NCBI GenBank assembly: GCA_903954065.1
Contig: CAJBME010000343.1
Span: 5,876 to 69,875 of the forward strand
Source of the DNA: an uncultured bacterium
GTDB taxonomy: Bacteria; Verrucomicrobiota; Verrucomicrobiia; Verrucomicrobiales; V1-33
Reading direction: 5' to 3'
Length of the DNA stretch: 64,000 bases
Every line of letters begins with the position of its first letter. The first letter of the stretch is position 1. Of the stretch, positions 58,985 to 64,000 are shown piece after piece. A model generated the notes under the pieces. That model did not search any database and was not told where the DNA came from. It saw only the letters and a program-made list of their open reading frames with translations. The position numbers were made by a program, and so were the translations under genes.

Positions 58985-60043
58985 ATGTTGACTTCATATT
59001 GGCGGGCGATGCTGGCGTACTCCCTGGTGATGGCGGCGGCGCCGAGTTTCATCTTGCGGGCGGCAGACGACTTACCGGAAAATCCGGGAGAAACTGGCGA
59101 TGGCCGTTTCACCATTGGTCCTGAGTACAGTATTGATCCTGATCTCACTGACCGCGGTCAGCCCAAAGGGCGGACATTTCAATTTAGTATGCCGCTGGCG
59201 GAAAGCCGCATCTTTAACGGCACCGACAAGACGCTTGAACCCGGCACAAAACCGGTGCGCGTGGCGCGGACCATCACGGTATATGTACCGGCCGCTTATC
59301 GCGATGGCACCAAGGCTCCGGTATTGGTGATTCATGACGGCCCGGGACCACTCGAACTCATCTCCCACGCGCTGGACAATCTGGCTCTAGCCAAAGATCC
59401 CATGCGCACGCTGCCCGCCTTTATCGCGGTGGCCGTTGAGAATGGCGGGGATGACGGGAAGAGCAGCCAGCGTGGATTGGAATACGACACCCTATCCGAC
59501 CGTCTGGCGCGTTTTATTCATGACGAGGTCCTGCCGGCCGTCCTGAATCAAGCCGAGATCAAAGCGGCCTATCCCCGGATTGCCTTCACCGATAACCCAT
59601 GGGGCCGCGGTGTGATCGGTTGCAGTTCAGGAGGAGCCGCCGCCCTGACCATGGGATGGTTCCGCCCTGAATGGTTTCGACGCATCATGGCCTATTCCGG
59701 CACTTTCGTCGATCAGCAGGATGACGATGCTCCCGAAGAGGCGGCCTATCCACTGGGGGCGTGGGAATATCACTCGGGGATGAAGCTAATCGAGACCAGT
59801 GAAACCAAGCCCTTGCGTATTTTCACTCATGTTTCGCAAAACGACAATCGTGCCAATGATCCGGAAGAAACGTATCACAACTGGGTGATGGCCGGTCTGC
59901 GCACGGAAGCGGCCCTTGAGGCCAAAGGTTATGCCCATCGTTTTGTCTTCAGCGAGGCCACCGGCCACTGTGACCGGCGCGTTTTCGAGCAGACGCTGGC
60001 GGACACGTTGGTCTGGATCTGGCGCGGCTACCGTGCTGAGTGA
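58985..60043 (+). CDS. Secreted alpha/beta-hydrolase (Fes-like esterase)
   Basis: RGLEYD.LSDR, GCSSGG nucleophile elbow, late His. Confidence 0.85.
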   Translation: MLTSYWRAMLAYSLVMAAAPSFILRAADDLPENPGETGDGRFTIGPEYSIDPDLTDRGQPKGRTFQFSMPLAESRIFNGTDKTLEPGTKPVRVARTITVYVPAAYRDGTKAPVLVIHDGPGPLELISHALDNLALAKDPMRTLPAFIAVAVENGGDDGKSSQRGLEYDTLSDRLARFIHDEVLPAVLNQAEIKAAYPRIAFTDNPWGRGVIGCSSGGAAALTMGWFRPEWFRRIMAYSGTFVDQQDDDAPEEAAYPLGAWEYHSGMKLIETSETKPLRIFTHVSQNDNRANDPEETYHNWVMAGLRTEAALEAKGYAHRFVFSEATGHCDRRVFEQTLADTLVWIWRGYRAE

Positions 60044-60105
60044 TTTTCCACCGGCAGGCTGGAGGCTACGGGCTTGCCTGCCGCCCGGCGGCTGCCTTGG
60101 ACGTT

Positions 60106-62454
60106 TCACTGCATGACCTGACCGCGGGCGGGGCACACCAGCCGGACTCCGTCACTGAAGACGACCTCGCGGGGCACGGCCGCCAGATTCCACGCGACGT
60201 GCGTGCGTTGACCGTCCTTAAGAAAGACCGCGGCAAATGGGGTGTCCGCCGAGACAGACCGATCGATCAGGCCAAGATCACGAAAGGCGGCGATCCACGC
60301 ATAGGTGTGGGCCAGCGAGTTGCCGGCCTCCGGCTTGAAATCCGCTGGACGGTTCGTCCACGCCTGCAGGGCCCCGACCGGATCAGCCAACGCCCGGTAC
60401 ATCCACAACACATCAGCCCATTGATCGAAATGACTGCCGTCGCCGACGGAGGAGTCTCGATTTTGACCGACGGCCGCGGCCAGATCAGCCGCTCGATTTT
60501 CCACGAGCAAGGCGGCGTAGTTTTTTCGCACGTAGTCTGGCCAGCGCCCGAGATACAGCGAGCCCCCGGTGATGGGGAGAAAATTAATGCCATGGACGAT
60601 TTCCGGATTGGCGCCGAACCAAGTGTCATTGGACCCTTTACCTCCCCACACCATGGTGACCACGGACGGCGTGTAATCGGGATGATGCAGTTCATCGCGC
60701 ACATCAAACCAATAATCTTCGATGGCCGAAATTTCCGTGGCATAGAGCCACGCGCCCAGATCGCGCAGGGTGCGGTCACCCGTGGCTTCGCCCAGCAGCA
60801 GCAATCCGAACCAGGCATTCACCGCCTCACTGGAGGATTCATTGTTGTTCCCGTCGCCGAACCGGGCGTGGCCACTGGCCCAGGAGTGACCGGCATAGGG
60901 ATCGAAACACCGAAGAAATGGAAACATGGGATCGGCGCGGTCCGCACTAGCGATGTCCCGCACGAGCAGCTTGAGCATGGGCGCCCACTGTTCAGCCCAA
61001 CCGGCATCGCGCCGCGCCAGTTCGCCGGCCGCGCGCAAAAAATACCCGTAATGAAAGTGGTGGTCATTCAGCTGGTCGTCACTCCCATAGCTGGCAGGAT
61101 ACCCGATGAGCGAGCCCCACGCAGGATCATAGGCAAAAACTCCTTTCTCCGCCTGCTTGGGAACGCCAGTCACATCGCGCGCGGTAAGAAAATTTTCCAA
61201 AGCCATTCGGATCCGCCGCGTGCATTCCTCGACTACTGCCAGTTCGCCCGCCTGTTCGGCCACGGGCAGGAGGGTGGCCCATTTACCCAGCTGTTTCCCG
61301 AGCCAGTAGGTATCACCCAGCTGTTGCGGTTCCCCGGCCATGTCGGACGCCAGCAACTCACGCAATTCTGCGCGATCGACGCCCGCCGTCAGCGGCAATG
61401 ATGGCAGCGCTCCTGGCAATGGCACCACGGTAGAAAACCCATTGCCTGCCACCAGTTTGAGCGGTCCCCGCACGGATTGATACACGCCATCGCTAATGCC
61501 CGAGGTGGTGTGTCGCCACTGATGCGGATAGAGGGCGAAAAGCGTTCCTTTTTCCTCCCCTTCTTCGGGCTCGGTCTGAATGGAAAAACGCGTCTCGACA
61601 GCTCCTCGTTTTTCATCGTAGGACCAATCCACGCGCGAATCAGTCACACGCGCATAGGCATGGCGCCGGAACCGCGCCATCGTCTCCGGCGATCCATCCG
61701 GCAGCAAGGCCAGCGTAAAATACCCTTTGCCGCCAGTGCGCGCCACCAGCCGCGACGAGCCAATGCCACTCCAGCTCGATCCCCCAGGCGCGAATAATCC
61801 GTAAAATTTCGCCCCCAATCGCACGCCCAACACGGGCCCGGCCGCCTCGCCACTGAAAATTTCCGCCCCGGCCGCCAGTGACACCGCAGGTTCTCCTCCC
61901 GTATATTGGGCAAAAACAAAGGGCGAACCATGCCCAAATGTCAGGCGCAGGCCCGCCGCTTCATCACCCATCTGCACGGTGACAAACCAGTCGCTCCAGC
62001 CCGCGACACGGGCATCGGCAAAACGTTCCACCATCGAATGACCCAACAGCACATCTTCCCCACCACCGCCCATGATGGCGACTCGCCCCGCCACCAAGGC
62101 CGCCCCTGGATAGGCTACCCGCAACCCGCCCTCCACGGCCTTAACCGCCAAAGGATGTGGAAACATTGTTTCCGAAAGCGGAAGCCACGCCAGTGAACTC
62201 CACCAGTCATTGCTCGGCATCGGCCCATCCGCCTCCTCCGTGCGGTAGATGAGCGCCGGGGGACCTTTGACAGCTGGCGGCAGCCCGTGCCAGTAGGAAC
62301 CTGCCCCCATCGAGCGCACCGCCGCGGGCGGATTCGACGCCAGCACCGCGCCCCCGCTCAGCAGGCACAGCGCTACCAGCAGCCACCCAAAGCCGCCTGA
62401 ACGCCCCAGCACCAGCCACCGGCCGGTCGATTGCTTCATCATAAAAAGTCTCAT
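60106..62454 (-). CDS. Glycoside hydrolase family 81 endo-beta-1,3-glucanase
   Basis: LNDHHFHYGYF, GNNNESSSEA, HGINFLP; signal peptide; start uncertain. Confidence 0.9.
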   Translation of the reverse strand: MRLFMMKQSTGRWLVLGRSGGFGWLLVALCLLSGGAVLASNPPAAVRSMGAGSYWHGLPPAVKGPPALIYRTEEADGPMPSNDWWSSLAWLPLSETMFPHPLAVKAVEGGLRVAYPGAALVAGRVAIMGGGGEDVLLGHSMVERFADARVAGWSDWFVTVQMGDEAAGLRLTFGHGSPFVFAQYTGGEPAVSLAAGAEIFSGEAAGPVLGVRLGAKFYGLFAPGGSSWSGIGSSRLVARTGGKGYFTLALLPDGSPETMARFRRHAYARVTDSRVDWSYDEKRGAVETRFSIQTEPEEGEEKGTLFALYPHQWRHTTSGISDGVYQSVRGPLKLVAGNGFSTVVPLPGALPSLPLTAGVDRAELRELLASDMAGEPQQLGDTYWLGKQLGKWATLLPVAEQAGELAVVEECTRRIRMALENFLTARDVTGVPKQAEKGVFAYDPAWGSLIGYPASYGSDDQLNDHHFHYGYFLRAAGELARRDAGWAEQWAPMLKLLVRDIASADRADPMFPFLRCFDPYAGHSWASGHARFGDGNNNESSSEAVNAWFGLLLLGEATGDRTLRDLGAWLYATEISAIEDYWFDVRDELHHPDYTPSVVTMVWGGKGSNDTWFGANPEIVHGINFLPITGGSLYLGRWPDYVRKNYAALLVENRAADLAAAVGQNRDSSVGDGSHFDQWADVLWMYRALADPVGALQAWTNRPADFKPEAGNSLAHTYAWIAAFRDLGLIDRSVSADTPFAAVFLKDGQRTHVAWNLAAVPREVVFSDGVRLVCPARGQVMQ

Positions 62455-62690
62455 ACGCAATAAATCAGCTCCGGACTGGCCGGAAAAAAACATGACCCAT
62501 GGTCGATTCATCCATCAGCCACCCCCATGAGGAAAAACCACCACCGGAGTGCCTGCACAACAAAAACCACCAGCGCTTTATCCACTCCCCGCCCGGTCCA
62601 CGCAACCAACAACCACACCCACTAATAATTCCATGGCCTGGTTGTGGTGGGGACTTGCCTGACGGTGTTTTTTAGGGCCAGACTGGCAGG

Positions 62691-63770
62691 ATGTTCTCCA
62701 TTGACTTAAAGGCGGCGCCTCAGACTGATCCGACGGCATTGTATCGAGCCCGTGACGGGCTGTATGCGACTGATTTGCTGGTGGCGGCGCTGGTGCATTT
62801 GGATTTTTTTTCGTGGTTGGCGGAGCGAGGAGGAGCGGGGGTGACGGAAGAGGCGGTGGCCGGGCATTTCCAGATTGTCCCGCGCATGGTGGATGTGATG
62901 ACCACGCTTTTCCGGGCGCAGGGACTCTTGCGAACCGCCCCGGACCGGACGCTGCATCTGACCCCGATGGCGGCGGAACATTTAGTAGCGGGTTCGCCAT
63001 GGTGTCTGTCACCGTATTATGCTCCGTTACAAGATCGCGCAGGAGTCATTGATTTATTGCAGGTGATGCGTAGTGGACGCCCGGTGCTCTGGAGCGGGCA
63101 GCAGAAAGACCGGGATGACTGGCACCACGCCATGGAGGACGAAACATTCGCCGGTCGTTTCACCGCCACCATGGATTGCCGCGGCATCCTACTCGGACCA
63201 GCTGCGGCCCGCGGGGTCGACCTCAGCCACCACTCGCGCCTGCTCGATGTCGCTGGAGGATCGGGTATTTACGCCTGCGCTTTTGCCGCCCAGCACCCGC
63301 ATCTGAGCGCCACCGTGCTAGAAAAACCACCCGTGGATGCGATGGCGGCGCAGCTGATCGCTCGCCGTGGGTTCGCTTCGCGCGTTTCGGTTCTGACGGC
63401 CGACATGATGGACGCCCCCCTGCCCGCGGATCATGACGTGCATCTTTGGTCGAATGTCCTCCATGACTGGGACGTGCCGGAAGTATTGATTTTGATTGGC
63501 GCCTCGTGGGCGGCACTTCCGCCTGGCGGGATGTTCATCATGCATGATGCTTTTCTCAACGACGCCAAGGACGGCCCGCTTCATGTCGCCGAGTATTCAG
63601 TCACCTTGGCCCACGCCACACAAGGCCGGTGCTACAGCGTGGGCGAACTGCGCACGTGGCTGACCGCCGCCGGATTCACCGATATCACCCATCACGATAC
63701 GGTTGCTGGCCGCGGCCTGATGACCGCGCGCAAGCCGACCATCGACGACGCCCGCGGAGCGGGGAAATAA
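62691..63770 (+). CDS. SAM-dependent O-methyltransferase (dimerisation + MTase domains)
   Basis: LDVAGGSG, ADMM, SNVLHDW. Confidence 0.9.
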   Translation: MFSIDLKAAPQTDPTALYRARDGLYATDLLVAALVHLDFFSWLAERGGAGVTEEAVAGHFQIVPRMVDVMTTLFRAQGLLRTAPDRTLHLTPMAAEHLVAGSPWCLSPYYAPLQDRAGVIDLLQVMRSGRPVLWSGQQKDRDDWHHAMEDETFAGRFTATMDCRGILLGPAAARGVDLSHHSRLLDVAGGSGIYACAFAAQHPHLSATVLEKPPVDAMAAQLIARRGFASRVSVLTADMMDAPLPADHDVHLWSNVLHDWDVPEVLILIGASWAALPPGGMFIMHDAFLNDAKDGPLHVAEYSVTLAHATQGRCYSVGELRTWLTAAGFTDITHHDTVAGRGLMTARKPTIDDARGAGK

Positions 63771-63923
63771 AAACCGAGGGGAGACCACCCTCCGCGGCCG
63801 GGTTCCCGAGGAGGTGCCGCCGCCCCGGCGGATTTCACGGCCGCACTGGACACCGGAATGGGTCCACGGTAATAGAGGGGTGGTTTTTTTACCAAAATCC
63901 GATCCCCCCCACCCCATCCTCAT

Positions 63924-64000
63924 ATGAAAAATCCACTCCGCTTCATCATTGTGCCCAAGATCGCCCATCCATGGTACGATGATGTCCACCGCGGTGCGCG
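63924..64000 (+). CDS. Partial sugar-binding periplasmic/LacI-type protein (5' end only)
   Basis: MKNPLRFIIVPKIAHPWYDDVHRGA resembles ribose-type binding protein N-terminus; runs off the window. Confidence 0.55.
   Translation, partial: MKNPLRFIIVPKIAHPWYDDVHRGA

Overview
A high-GC bacterial chromosomal window, most consistent with Verrucomicrobiota (DUF1549/DUF1553 and DUF1501 proteins, a PEP-CTERM protein, autotransporter-associated repeats, a short AtpH; this taxonomy is inference). Housekeeping genes (rpe, trpA, dapF, complete atpBEFHAGDC, ispE, leuA, ribH-nusB-ftsY) are interleaved with accessory genes and several gene remnants. The standout is a tightly coupled ~13 kb operon at 34.3-47.2 kb: a single-module highly reducing type I PKS (KS-AT-DH-cMT-ER-KR-ACP), a stand-alone condensation domain, a membrane desaturase, a LolD/MacB-type ABC exporter and a LolA-like periplasmic protein. 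It has no A domain, thioesterase or acyl-AMP ligase, which suggests an envelope-lipid synthesis and export pathway. It is preceded by an RMDN-like TPR protein, a lipoprotein hydrolase and a methyltransferase. Other notable points: a perfect Rex-type operator upstream of the atp operon, a His-rich insert in AtpB, a sialidase-SGNH fusion, an orphan secretin, a PEP-CTERM lectin gene flanked by a duplicated ubiA leader, and a deacetylase-adhesin gene split by one in-frame TAG. No rRNA, tRNA, CRISPR array or intact transposase was seen. Family assignments are from motif recognition only; no database searches were run.
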